Below, in pieces: positions 1 to 7,775 of a stretch of 33,494 bases of DNA. A model generated the notes under the pieces. It was given only the letters and a program-made list of their open reading frames with translations. It was not told the origin of the DNA and searched no databases. The position numbers were made by a program, and so were the translations under genes. Within the stretch, counting starts at the first letter, position 1, and each line of letters begins with the position of its first letter. This stretch comes from Gemmataceae bacterium (GTDB lineage Bacteria > Planctomycetota > Planctomycetia > Gemmatales > Gemmataceae): the NCBI GenBank assembly GCA_041499985.1, contig JBGQLF010000001.1, positions 1-33,494 on the forward strand. Direction: 5' to 3'.

Positions 1-754
1 AGCGCACCATATCGTCGAAGACGTCGGTGGCGTTGGCGGAGTTCAGCGTCGGATCTTTCTGCACGAAGGTGGAATCGAAGGTATCGGTCGTCCCATCGTT
101 CTTACAGTGGCAGTTTTTTAGCGTATCGGTGTTGGTGACGCCTTTGTTGACGCGCGTCGTTCCGCCATTGCGTGGATAGCCGCCGTGACCGTCCGGGCCA
201 TCGCTGACCAGCGCATAAGCAGCGGTACTGGTTTTGACGTTGCCCGAGGCGTCCTTGATGGTGATGCTGCCGGGCACCGGCGATGAGTTCACTCCGTAAT
301 TGGCGCCAATGGCGCTGGCCGCGGTTAGTTGCTGATCGACCACGTAAAGGATGCGGTTACCCCAGCCATCGACGGCATTCTCATCGGGAAGGCTGAGCGA
401 CAAGATCGGCACCCCACCCGCCACGGTATTCCCGGAGGTGAAGTTGGCGGCGGTGCAGCCAGGGGTACAGGCAGTAGCATCCGTCCCGGTGCCCACGCCA
501 TAGGATGCGGCGCCGTAGGCGGCGGTAATGTCGCCGGGGCAGGGCAGATAGCCTTTGGCGTTGACGTAGTCTTGCAGCGCTTTTTCTATCCTATCCAGGC
601 GTGCGTTTGTAACCTGCATCTGGGTCTTTTGCAGACTGGCCACAAATATCGTCATGCCGCCGGCCGTGACGGCGGCGACTATGAGTAGCACGATAGACAT
701 TTCCAGCAGGGTGAAGCCAGCCGGAATGCGATGAGGGATGCCGTTCGGACGCAT
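1..754 (-). CDS. prepilin-type N-terminal cleavage/methylation-domain protein (type IV pilin / pseudopilin-like); C-terminus runs off the window
   Basis: Absent from the supplied ORF track because no stop lies inside the window. My reverse-strand translation from the ATG at 754..752 gives MRPNGIPHRIPAGFTLLEMSIVLLIVAAVTAGGMTIF... I checked every in-frame triplet from 2 to 754 and found no stop. An in-frame stop lies upstream at 788-790. G|FTLLE followed by a hydrophobic helix is the prepilin peptidase motif. Confidence 0.8.
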   Translation of the reverse strand, partial: MRPNGIPHRIPAGFTLLEMSIVLLIVAAVTAGGMTIFVASLQKTQMQVTNARLDRIEKALQDYVNAKGYLPCPGDITAAYGAASYGVGTGTDATACTPGCTAANFTSGNTVAGGVPILSLSLPDENAVDGWGNRILYVVDQQLTAASAIGANYGVNSSPVPGSITIKDASGNVKTSTAAYALVSDGPDGHGGYPRNGGTTRVNKGVTNTDTLKNCHCKNDGTTDTFDSTFVQKDPTLNSANATDVFDDMVR

Positions 755-858
755 AAGGCTCAGACAGGATGCAAAGTCGGTTGATTGCTATATGAGCATA
801 CATGATGACTGTTAATAACTTGTTAAGATAAGCCCTCGAACCTTCCGCCTCTCCAGCT

Positions 859-963
859 CGGAAAGCTGCCGTGCGGGACCGGGTGGCGATTTGGTTGACA
901 GATCGTTGCCGACGCCTTCCTGTTTTGCCGCTGGTGACCATGTCCCCGGAAAGCAGCTTTCCG
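859..963. repeat. CGGAAAGC half-site repeats: cggaaagctgc (859-869) inverted with gcagctttccg (953-963); 947-963 is a 17-nt palindrome, CGGAAAGC-A-GCTTTCCG
   Basis: Read directly from the sequence. It lies 4 nt downstream of the stop of the 173-aa ORF, and the interior contains TTGACA (895-900). It could be a protein-binding palindrome or a long imperfect hairpin or terminator. Confidence 0.4.
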
Positions 964-966
964 CGA

Positions 967-1488
967 TCAGCCCGGCTCGCGCGCGAACGCTGGGGCGTTC
1001 TTGCTGAGCCATTCCTTGAGATCGGCCTGCGATTCAAACTCAGCGACCTGAATACTGTCGATGGTCGGTCCCGTTTCACCGACACTCCTGATGTCTTCTT
1101 CGGTCATCTCGCGAATCCACATCACCCGATGTCTCTGAAGTCCGCCCGTGGTTAAATTGATGGTTCCTTCACTTAGCGGCATGTCGAGGTTGCTCCCTCG
1201 GATCAGAACCAGGTAAACGAGGTCCCCGGAGAATTTCAGAAGCAGACCCTCGGAAGGGTTATACTGCCAGGGGCCGAGCCAACCGTAAGGGAACCAGGTG
1301 CTGTTGCCCTCCCGGAAGCGGAACTCAACCGCACCTGCATGGTCTCTGATACCGCGCAAATACCCAAACGCCACGCACGAAGCTTCGCCTTCCTCGGCTT
1401 CCGCCTCTTTTTTCGGCGGCTGCGCGCCGTTCCCTTCCATATGCAGGATTCCCTTCAATCGCTCCCGATGGGTCGGCTTATCGGTCAT
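967..1488 (-). CDS. hypothetical protein, translationally coupled to the relaxase 3' end
   Basis: 173-aa ORF whose start at 1488 overlaps the relaxase stop at 1478 by 11 nt on the same strand. I recognise no domain. Confidence 0.6.
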   Translation of the reverse strand: MTDKPTHRERLKGILHMEGNGAQPPKKEAEAEEGEASCVAFGYLRGIRDHAGAVEFRFREGNSTWFPYGWLGPWQYNPSEGLLLKFSGDLVYLVLIRGSNLDMPLSEGTINLTTGGLQRHRVMWIREMTEEDIRSVGETGPTIDSIQVAEFESQADLKEWLSKNAPAFAREPG

Positions 1489-4174
1489 GGTCCATTTCCC
1501 TTTCCGCCGTCAGGTTTCTTGCACTACCCGGCTGGGTTAAATGGTTTCGCGCGGCAATGGCAGCCAGCTGTTGAGCGGTCGTCAGGTGCTTCATAAGCCG
1601 ATTCCGCAAGGTCGGTTTGTGTTTCGTTGCCTCAGCAAGCTCCGTCGCGGACAGCGGATCGTCCGGCCGGCTGATCGCCCTCAGCAGTTCCCTTCTGTCG
1701 TCCGTGAAAATCTGTGCCTGTTCCTTCCCCCGCGTCACTGCGACGTAGGCGGTCCGCTGGTAGGTCGCCGGGAACGATTCGCTGGACACACCGATGAAGA
1801 CCTTATCCACCGTCACGCCCTGGCTGGCGTGGCTTGTAACCACGTACCCGTGGGTCAGGTGGCCGAAATCCCTCGCGATGATCCAGCCGTGATCGACGAT
1901 GATGTCACCCCGGGCGGTGAATCCCTGGACATTCAGGAGTGAGCCGTTGCTAAGGCGATGCTTGCCGTCTTTTGTCTTACCACCTGCCGTGACGCGGACG
2001 CGGTCCCCGACGGCCAGGGCGATCTGCACCGGCCGATACGCCTCGAACCGCTTGGCAAGCTCGGTCGGTGGCTCGACCCGCTCGCCCACGATCAGGCGTG
2101 ATCCTTTCTGGTAGCCGGGCGCGTTCTGCTGAAATTGGAGCAGGTCGCCCGCCTCATATTCGGTGGCGTCCGCTTTCTGTGCGTCCGTCAGGTGAGCGGG
2201 AACCCATGCCTCAACCAGGCGTTCCTGACCAAGCTTGCCCTGCGCCTTCAGCCCGGAGCGAATCGCCTGCGTGATCCGGTCCCCTTCGGCGTGCGTCGGC
2301 GACACGACGAGCGCTGACTTGGCCAGACCGCCCCGCTTCTTTTCAGCAACGGCCGCCAGATAGGCGGTGGCCAGTTGCTTGTCGCGGTCACCACCCTCAA
2401 CCTGCTTGATCCAGCCCAGCTTGTCGAGTTCCGCGAATCCCTCCTCCGTCCTGCCTTCGCTCAGCGCCTGCGCGGCTTTCTTGTAGTCACCCTGTTGGCG
2501 AAGGATTTCGGTCACCTCCGCCACTCGCAGCCCGGCCGTGTCTTCCAATAGCTTGAGCGGCTCGCCAGCCGTGACACTCCGGTGCTGCCGGCGGTCGCCC
2601 ACGAGGATCACCCGGGCGCCGACGGATTCGGCCACATCAAACACCTGGCCCATGTCCCGTGTGCCGAGCTGGGAGGCTTCATCGACAAGGATGACGCCGC
2701 CTCTAGCCGATTCCTGCATCTCCTGGTCCTTCAGGAACCTGGCCACGGTGTCGGCATCGGCGAACCCTGCTTCCTCACGCAGCACTTCCCGGCTGGCCTT
2801 AACCGACTGGGCCAGAGCCACCACCGGCCGCCCGGCCTCGGCCAGGGCTTCGCCGATCTCCTGTTCGAGCGTCGTCTTGCCTGTTCCGGCGACACCGCGG
2901 AGTATCATCACCCGGTCGCGGGAACCGAGCACATGGCGGACCGCCGCCTTTTGTCCGTCGTTGAACCAATCGCGGGAGCATGGCCGGTCCGGGTCCCCCA
3001 GCGGCCGGAATTTCCCCCGCCCCTGGCGAGCGAAGGCGATCAGCCCGGATTCCAGAGCCAGCATCTCCTTCGTCGTTGCCATTTTGCGTCCGGCGGCATC
3101 GCTGCGGATGAGAGGGCGCGCGCTCACCTCGCGTGTTACGCCCTCCACGGTGACCGCACCAAGGCCGCGTTTCAGGGCTTCGGTGAGCAGCTTGCGTTCC
3201 GGCACCACCGCCTCGCGCACGAAGCTGTGGTCGATGGCGTGATCGACCGCCAGCCCTTCGCCGTGTTCCGGCCGGGCGAAAACACGCTCGCGACGATGAA
3301 CCGCTGCCAGCGCATCGCGCTCCTTGTCGGTCAGGCGGGCGTTCCATGACTTCCGCAAGGCTTCCCAGCCGAGCGCGGAATCTTTCTTTTCGCGAGTCTC
3401 GGCTCCGAGTTCCGCCTTTCGGTCGGGGTCGGTGATGCCCTTCTCCTCGGCCACCTTCTCAATAAGGGCCGTACGCCGCGAGAAGCGCTTGAGCACATCC
3501 GCCGGTATCCCGGCAATCTCGAAATCGTCTCGCTTCCGCTCAACCCCGAAGCCCAGGTCCTGTAAACGATTGGCCAATCGAACCCGGAATGCCGCCTGGA
3601 AGTAAGGGGCATCGCGTTTAAGTTCCCGGAACTGGCCCGCTTTCCAACGGCGTTCCTCCTCGTCCCAGGTCGTGTTGAACACGAAACAGTGAGCATGCAA
3701 CTGCGGGTCGGGGACTCCGTCCACGGGGCGGGAGGTGGTATGGATGAACTCGGCCCAGACCATGTTTCCCGTCGTGCGGTCTTCATCCTTGCCGCCCATG
3801 CGGACGCGCGTTTTCATCTCCGCTTCCATCTCGCGCATCGTTTCATCGACCGCCCCACGGAACGCATCCATGATGCCCTGGTCGCCGCTCATGGCGTAGA
3901 GCAGCGATACACTCTTGGGAACGCTGAAGGTGAAATCATAACCCACGGTCCGCTCCGAGCGCGTCCGCACCGTCAGCGGGTCTCCGGTCCTTGGGTCGAG
4001 GTTATCGCAGAGTCTTTCAAAGGAGAATTTGTCTACCGTCCCATCCAGCCCCAGCCGGGACGCGCCTTTGCCGCCCCAGCAGCCGACCAGTTCCTGTCCT
4101 TCGCTGTAGTAATCCGCCGTCGTGTAGTAAGACTTGGCGGACGTGGCACTATCCTGTTGCGTGATACGGATCAT
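1478..4174 (-). CDS. MOBF-family conjugative relaxase with C-terminal RecD-like helicase (TrwC/TraI type)
   Basis: The N-terminus MIRITQQDSATSAKSYYTTADYYSEGQE...GYDFTFSVPKSVS matches the TrwC relaxase domain. The histidine triad is HTTSRPVDGVPDPQLHAHCFVFN, Walker A is GVAGTGKTT and Walker B is ILVDEASQLG. Length 898 aa. Confidence 0.95.
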   Translation of the reverse strand: MIRITQQDSATSAKSYYTTADYYSEGQELVGCWGGKGASRLGLDGTVDKFSFERLCDNLDPRTGDPLTVRTRSERTVGYDFTFSVPKSVSLLYAMSGDQGIMDAFRGAVDETMREMEAEMKTRVRMGGKDEDRTTGNMVWAEFIHTTSRPVDGVPDPQLHAHCFVFNTTWDEEERRWKAGQFRELKRDAPYFQAAFRVRLANRLQDLGFGVERKRDDFEIAGIPADVLKRFSRRTALIEKVAEEKGITDPDRKAELGAETREKKDSALGWEALRKSWNARLTDKERDALAAVHRRERVFARPEHGEGLAVDHAIDHSFVREAVVPERKLLTEALKRGLGAVTVEGVTREVSARPLIRSDAAGRKMATTKEMLALESGLIAFARQGRGKFRPLGDPDRPCSRDWFNDGQKAAVRHVLGSRDRVMILRGVAGTGKTTLEQEIGEALAEAGRPVVALAQSVKASREVLREEAGFADADTVARFLKDQEMQESARGGVILVDEASQLGTRDMGQVFDVAESVGARVILVGDRRQHRSVTAGEPLKLLEDTAGLRVAEVTEILRQQGDYKKAAQALSEGRTEEGFAELDKLGWIKQVEGGDRDKQLATAYLAAVAEKKRGGLAKSALVVSPTHAEGDRITQAIRSGLKAQGKLGQERLVEAWVPAHLTDAQKADATEYEAGDLLQFQQNAPGYQKGSRLIVGERVEPPTELAKRFEAYRPVQIALAVGDRVRVTAGGKTKDGKHRLSNGSLLNVQGFTARGDIIVDHGWIIARDFGHLTHGYVVTSHASQGVTVDKVFIGVSSESFPATYQRTAYVAVTRGKEQAQIFTDDRRELLRAISRPDDPLSATELAEATKHKPTLRNRLMKHLTTAQQLAAIAARNHLTQPGSARNLTAEREMDHDR

Positions 4175-4451
4175 GCCTACATTTTATCATATCACAGTTT
4201 CGTTAACTAATCCTTAACTAACATCTGCTCCACCGCATCTAGCCTCGGTTTGCGAGGATTTCACATTCCTCAATGTCACCCGCGCGCCACCGCAATGTCA
4301 CACCCACACCGCTGACCGATTCTTCGTCTGTCCGTTCTTATCAGATGTTGCTTGAGTACTCTCGATGGACACCTGGGTTGCTGCTTTGTCGCCTATCCGA
4401 CGACGACTCCCATGTTTTCTTCTGTCTCTAAAACGAACGTTTATGACAAAC
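4175..4451. other. candidate oriT / divergent control region between relaxase and Fic
   Basis: 277-bp non-coding gap next to a MOBF relaxase start. Direct repeats caatgtcac occur at 4271-4279 and 4293-4301 (minus strand GGGTGACATTG and GGGTGTGACATTG), and ttaactaa occurs twice (4203-4221). An inverted 8-mer pair is aacatctg (4219-4226) and cagatgtt (4342-4349). The minus-strand run cggtgtgggtgtgac loosely recalls G/T-rich F-type nic regions. Confidence 0.35.
4181..4189 (-). promoter_or_regulatory. possible extended -10 (TGATAAAAT on the minus strand) 6 nt upstream of the relaxase ATG; implies a leaderless or near-leaderless relaxase mRNA
   Basis: Minus strand reads ...gatatGAtaaaat-gtaggc-ATG. 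No Shine-Dalgarno sequence is visible, and the -35 is weak. Confidence 0.3.
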
Positions 4452-5564
4452 TCATGGCAGGCTATACCAAGTGGCCTTTCCGGCGCCATGCTGGACAAGA
4501 TGCCGCTTCTCCACCAGGTTGCGGAAATGCTCTTTCAGCGTGTTGCGACTGGCGCCGCTTTTGCGGACCATGTCGCTCATCGTCACGCGGCCATGATCGC
4601 GGGCATAGTCCAGTATCTTCACGGCCAGCTCGGGCAGGGCGGCAAGGACCAGTTTTTCCTGCTCGACCTTGGCGGCCAGGCGCCGCTTTTGCTGTTGCAG
4701 GGCGCGAACGAAAAACCCGATCCAGGGCTGCCAGTTCGGCGCCTCGGTGCGGATCGTGCCTTGCGTCTGCCGCAAGGCGAGATAATAGCCTTCCTTGCTA
4801 TGCTCGATGACGCTCTCAAGTGAACTGTAGGGGACATAGATGTAACCTGCCTGTAATAATAGCAGGGTGGTCAGAATCCGGCTCAAGCGGCCGTTGCCGT
4901 CCTGGAAGGGGTGAATTTCCAGGAACACCACGACAAACACACCGATCACCAGCAAGGGATGCAGGCGGCCGGTGTCGCGGGTCTCATTCAGCCAGGCGAC
5001 AAGCTCGGCCATAAGGCGCGGCGTGTCGAATGGGGTTGCCGTCTCGAACACGATGCCAATCTGCCGGCCGTCGGCGTCGAAAGCGGCCACGCTGTTTGAG
5101 TTCGTCTTGTAGCTGCCGCGATGCCGTTCGTCCTTTTCGCTGTAGGCAAGAAGGTCGCGGTGCAATTGGCGGATGTGGTTTTCGGTAAGAGGGATGTCCT
5201 GCCAGGCGTTGAATACCAGGTCCATCACCTTGGCGTAGCCGGCAACCTCTTGCTCGTCGCGGGTGGCAAAGGATGTGATTTTGAGATTGGCAAGCAGGTG
5301 CTCAACCTCGCGATCTGTTAGCTTGCTGCCCTCGATGCGGGTTGACGATCCGATGCTTTCGATAGTCGCGACGCGGCGCAATGCACTCAGGCGCTCGGGT
5401 TCCAAGGTGCCAAGCGAGCGCCAGGCACCTTTGAATTCATCGATCTCGGCGATCAGCGCCAGCAACTCGGGTGTGATTTGAATGGTATCGCTTTTCAGTA
5501 TATAATGTATCCTTTCACCCGTATTATCACCCGATTCCACCCAAAAGTCCACCCGTATTATCAC
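4452..5564 (-). CDS. Fic family protein (class II, intramolecular inhibitory motif) with C-terminal winged-helix domain
   Basis: Fic motif HPFQDGNGRLSRIL, inhibitory (S/T)xxxE(G/N) motif STRIEG, N-terminal ITPELLALIAEIDEFKGAW and C-terminal wHTH-like RVTMSDMVRKSGASRNTLKEHFRNLVEK. The start is uncertain: 5564 is a GTG inside a repeat. An in-frame CTG at 5498 would give MKSDTIQITPELL, the usual N-terminal length for this family. Confidence 0.9.
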   Translation of the reverse strand: MIIRVDFWVESGDNTGERIHYILKSDTIQITPELLALIAEIDEFKGAWRSLGTLEPERLSALRRVATIESIGSSTRIEGSKLTDREVEHLLANLKITSFATRDEQEVAGYAKVMDLVFNAWQDIPLTENHIRQLHRDLLAYSEKDERHRGSYKTNSNSVAAFDADGRQIGIVFETATPFDTPRLMAELVAWLNETRDTGRLHPLLVIGVFVVVFLEIHPFQDGNGRLSRILTTLLLLQAGYIYVPYSSLESVIEHSKEGYYLALRQTQGTIRTEAPNWQPWIGFFVRALQQQKRRLAAKVEQEKLVLAALPELAVKILDYARDHGRVTMSDMVRKSGASRNTLKEHFRNLVEKRHLVQHGAGKATWYSLP

Positions 5565-5576
5565 CCGATTCCACCC
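5516..5576. repeat. two perfect 27-bp direct repeats (cacccgtattatcacccgattccaccc; 5516-5542 and 5550-5576), period 34 bp
   Basis: Read directly. On the minus strand each unit is GGGTGgaatcGGGTGataatacGGGTG. This gives six GGGTG pentamers at 10-12 bp phasing and a GATAAT box in each unit. Confidence 0.9.
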
Positions 5577-5777
5577 GAATCATGCGATGGTCAATGGCCG
5601 GATTTATTCCATCATCGCGAAAACTGGCGGTGGCCTCCGGCGTTCGGTACAAGGTAGCGCTCCTCTCAGACTTTCTTGTCACAAACTGTGGTATATTTAG
5701 CACATATTTTAGCACACACATTAACATGCACAGATAATCACTATAAGTATCAATATTATATCTGTTAGGCCATCTGC

Positions 5778-5822
5778 CTCATAACCTGAAGGCCGCAGGT
5801 TCAAATCCTGCCCCCGCAACCA
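5778..5822 (+). other. 3' half of a tRNA-Met(CAU), initiator-like (anticodon loop to CCA); no 5' half present; att core of the adjacent integrase
   Basis: ctcataacctgaaggccgcaggttcaaatcctgcccccgcaacca closely parallels E. coli tRNA-fMet as I recall it (CTCATAACCCGAAGGTCGTCGGTTCAAATCCGGCCCCCGCAACCA). The upstream 40 nt are AT-rich and cannot form the D arm, the 5' anticodon stem or the acceptor 5' strand. Confidence 0.75.
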
Positions 5823-5973
5823 ACCATTGCAAGACAAAACAATGACTTGGCCGAAAAGAACAAACCGGAAGATGACCGGAAACGGCTAACGCACTTCTAA
5901 CACATGAATTGTCATCCCGACGCCAGCATGCTATTCAGGAGCATCGTTTTCGCAAAATAGCGTGAGGTGCAGC

Positions 5974-7245
5974 ATGACTAGCCACGAATTCCTCGGTGGA
6001 AAGGTTCAACTCTACAGACGCGGTAGAAGCAGTTTTTGGCAGTGTTCAGCCTCGGTTGGCGGCAAGCAGAGACGATCCAGTACCAAGGAAACAAGCCTGG
6101 AGTTGGCCAAGCAAATTGCCGAAGACTGGTATCTCACGTTACGCGGCAAAGATCGTGCTGGCTTGCTGAAAACAGAAAAGACCTTTGAAGAGGCGGCAAA
6201 GCAGTTCCTTAAAGAATACGAGATAATCACCGAAGGCCAGCGTAGCCCTCGCTGGGTTGAGGGTCACGGCATTCGTATGCGACTGCACCTGCTGCCTTTC
6301 TTTGGTGATTGCGGCGTGTCTGAAGTGTCAGCGGGCAAGGTGCAGGAGTATCGCGTGCATCGCATCTCCACCTCACGCACCGGCAAGGCACCGGCCCGCA
6401 GCACACTTCACGACGAGATCGTCACGCTCAGGCAGATACTCAAGACCGCAATTCGTCACGGGTGGCTCACACATCTCCCTGACCTCTCACCTCCCTACAG
6501 AACTCAGGGCAAGATCGTGCATCGCCCGTGGTTCAGTCCTGCCGAGTACAAGCAACTTTATGAGGCTACTCGCGAATATGCTCGCGAGCCTTTCCACGAG
6601 CATTACAAATGGAACGCCGAGCAGGTTCATGACTACGTGCTCTTCATGGCCAATACCGGCCTCCGGCCCGATGAGGCAAAGAATCTGCAACACCGCGACG
6701 TGTTAATCGTCGTGGACGAGGCAACCGGCGAGCGCATTCTTGAGATCGAAGTGCGTGGTAAACGTGGCATCGGATTTTGCAAGAGTATGCCGGGTGCCGT
6801 GAAAACGTATCAGCGATTGCTCGCCCGACCATTGCCCGAACTGCCTCGGGGCAAACGTGCCCGCCGCCGCAGAGCCGAAATGGGCGACGTTCCTGAGTCG
6901 GGAGAAGTCAAATTCCCAAAACCCAATGACCACGTCTTTCCAGGGAATCACATCAAGCTCTTCAATGGCGTGCTCAAACGCGCCAATCTGAAAAAGGACC
7001 GTGATGGCAACCGTCGCACTGCTTACAGCCTCCGCCATACCTACATTTGTATGCGACTCATGGAAGGTGCTGACATCTACCAGATCGCTAAAAACTGCCG
7101 CACGAGCGTCGAGATGATCGAGAAGTTTTATGCAGCCCACATCAAGAACACGCTCGATGCAGCCGCCATCAATGTCCGCCGTCCCAAACCGGCATCCCGC
7201 AAGGGTAGGACACCGCAGCCAAAGAAGCCACTTGACGACGAATGA
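5974..7245 (+). CDS. int: tyrosine recombinase / integrase
   Basis: C-terminal catalytic region TGLRPDEAKNL...AYSLRHTYICMRLMEGADIYQIAKNCRTSVEMIEKFYAAH carries the R, H-x-x-R and Y residues. The track ORF opens at a GTG at 5962, and the first ATG is at 5974 (MTSHEF...). It lies 150 bp downstream of the tRNA fragment. Confidence 0.9.
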   Translation: MTSHEFLGGKVQLYRRGRSSFWQCSASVGGKQRRSSTKETSLELAKQIAEDWYLTLRGKDRAGLLKTEKTFEEAAKQFLKEYEIITEGQRSPRWVEGHGIRMRLHLLPFFGDCGVSEVSAGKVQEYRVHRISTSRTGKAPARSTLHDEIVTLRQILKTAIRHGWLTHLPDLSPPYRTQGKIVHRPWFSPAEYKQLYEATREYAREPFHEHYKWNAEQVHDYVLFMANTGLRPDEAKNLQHRDVLIVVDEATGERILEIEVRGKRGIGFCKSMPGAVKTYQRLLARPLPELPRGKRARRRRAEMGDVPESGEVKFPKPNDHVFPGNHIKLFNGVLKRANLKKDRDGNRRTAYSLRHTYICMRLMEGADIYQIAKNCRTSVEMIEKFYAAHIKNTLDAAAINVRRPKPASRKGRTPQPKKPLDDE

Positions 7246-7577
7246 GCAGATGTAAACTACGCTTTTTCCAAAGGGAGACGCAGGTCACCCACTTGCTTTA
7301 AGAGCCGTTCAGCGGCTCGCCGATCAGGGGCTTGCCCCCTCCTGTCGCGCCGAAGGGCCAATGTATGCCATCTTTTTGAGGTTCTGGGCACGTCGCCATC
7401 CGGGCGACGGATTGCTTCCAGGCTTCGCTTCGCTGCGGTCCTAAAGACGGCCATCGCCCCCTCTCGCTCTCCCGTGTGAGAACCGAGGGTGACCCGTGTT
7501 ACCTTCAGGGACGTGTGCTGCCGGTTAGGCGCGCCGCTTCCTTCCTTCCATCGAGCCAGCCCCGCCCGTGGCCTATT

Positions 7578-7775
7578 GAAACGGCACTGTGAAGCAGCCG
7601 ACGGGCCGGTCAATCACCGGCTTCCGTTGCGAAACGGCGGCAAGCTAAGGCGGCAAGCCGCCGAGCTTGCCAGTGCCGTTTCGTTCTCACCCGGCGATTG
7701 ACCGTCGCCCAAGTGCTCCCGTCTGGGCCGCTTCTGTTGCGTGCCGTAAGGCCCCGATGAGCGGGGCCGGAAACT
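7578..7775 (+). promoter_or_regulatory. structured leader module, copy 1 (upstream of the 87-aa ORF / ParB / ArdC operon)
   Basis: The 5' block gaaacggcactgtg...acgggccggtcaa and the 3' block gcgtgccgtaaggccccgatgagcggggccggaaac are shared with copies 2 and 3. Nested inverted repeats are present (7603-7620 with 7690-7710; 7631-7646 with 7664-7682). The hairpin GGCCCCG/CGGGGCC sits 8 nt before the SD (aaggagaagga), and the ATG is at 7795. Confidence 0.6.

Noticed and set aside
2538-3349. + strand ORFs of 234 and 255 aa inside the relaxase gene
   Set aside because: They are antisense to the helicase domain, which carries clear Walker A and B motifs. Their composition is low-complexity.
5516-5576. 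Tandem repeats considered as a mini CRISPR array
   Set aside because: There are only two units with a 7-bp spacer and no cas genes. The internal pentamer phasing points to protein-binding sites.
5527-5727. 66-aa minus-strand ORF upstream of Fic, considered as a possible antitoxin or leader peptide
   Set aside because: Its 3' part is only the 27-bp repeat read in another frame. The 5' part lies in AT-rich attP-arm DNA with no SD.
7257-7613. 118-aa minus-strand ORF downstream of the integrase, considered as an excisionase or regulator
   Set aside because: It has Arg-rich low-complexity composition, no HTH pattern I can recognise and no SD. It partly overlaps leader module copy 1.
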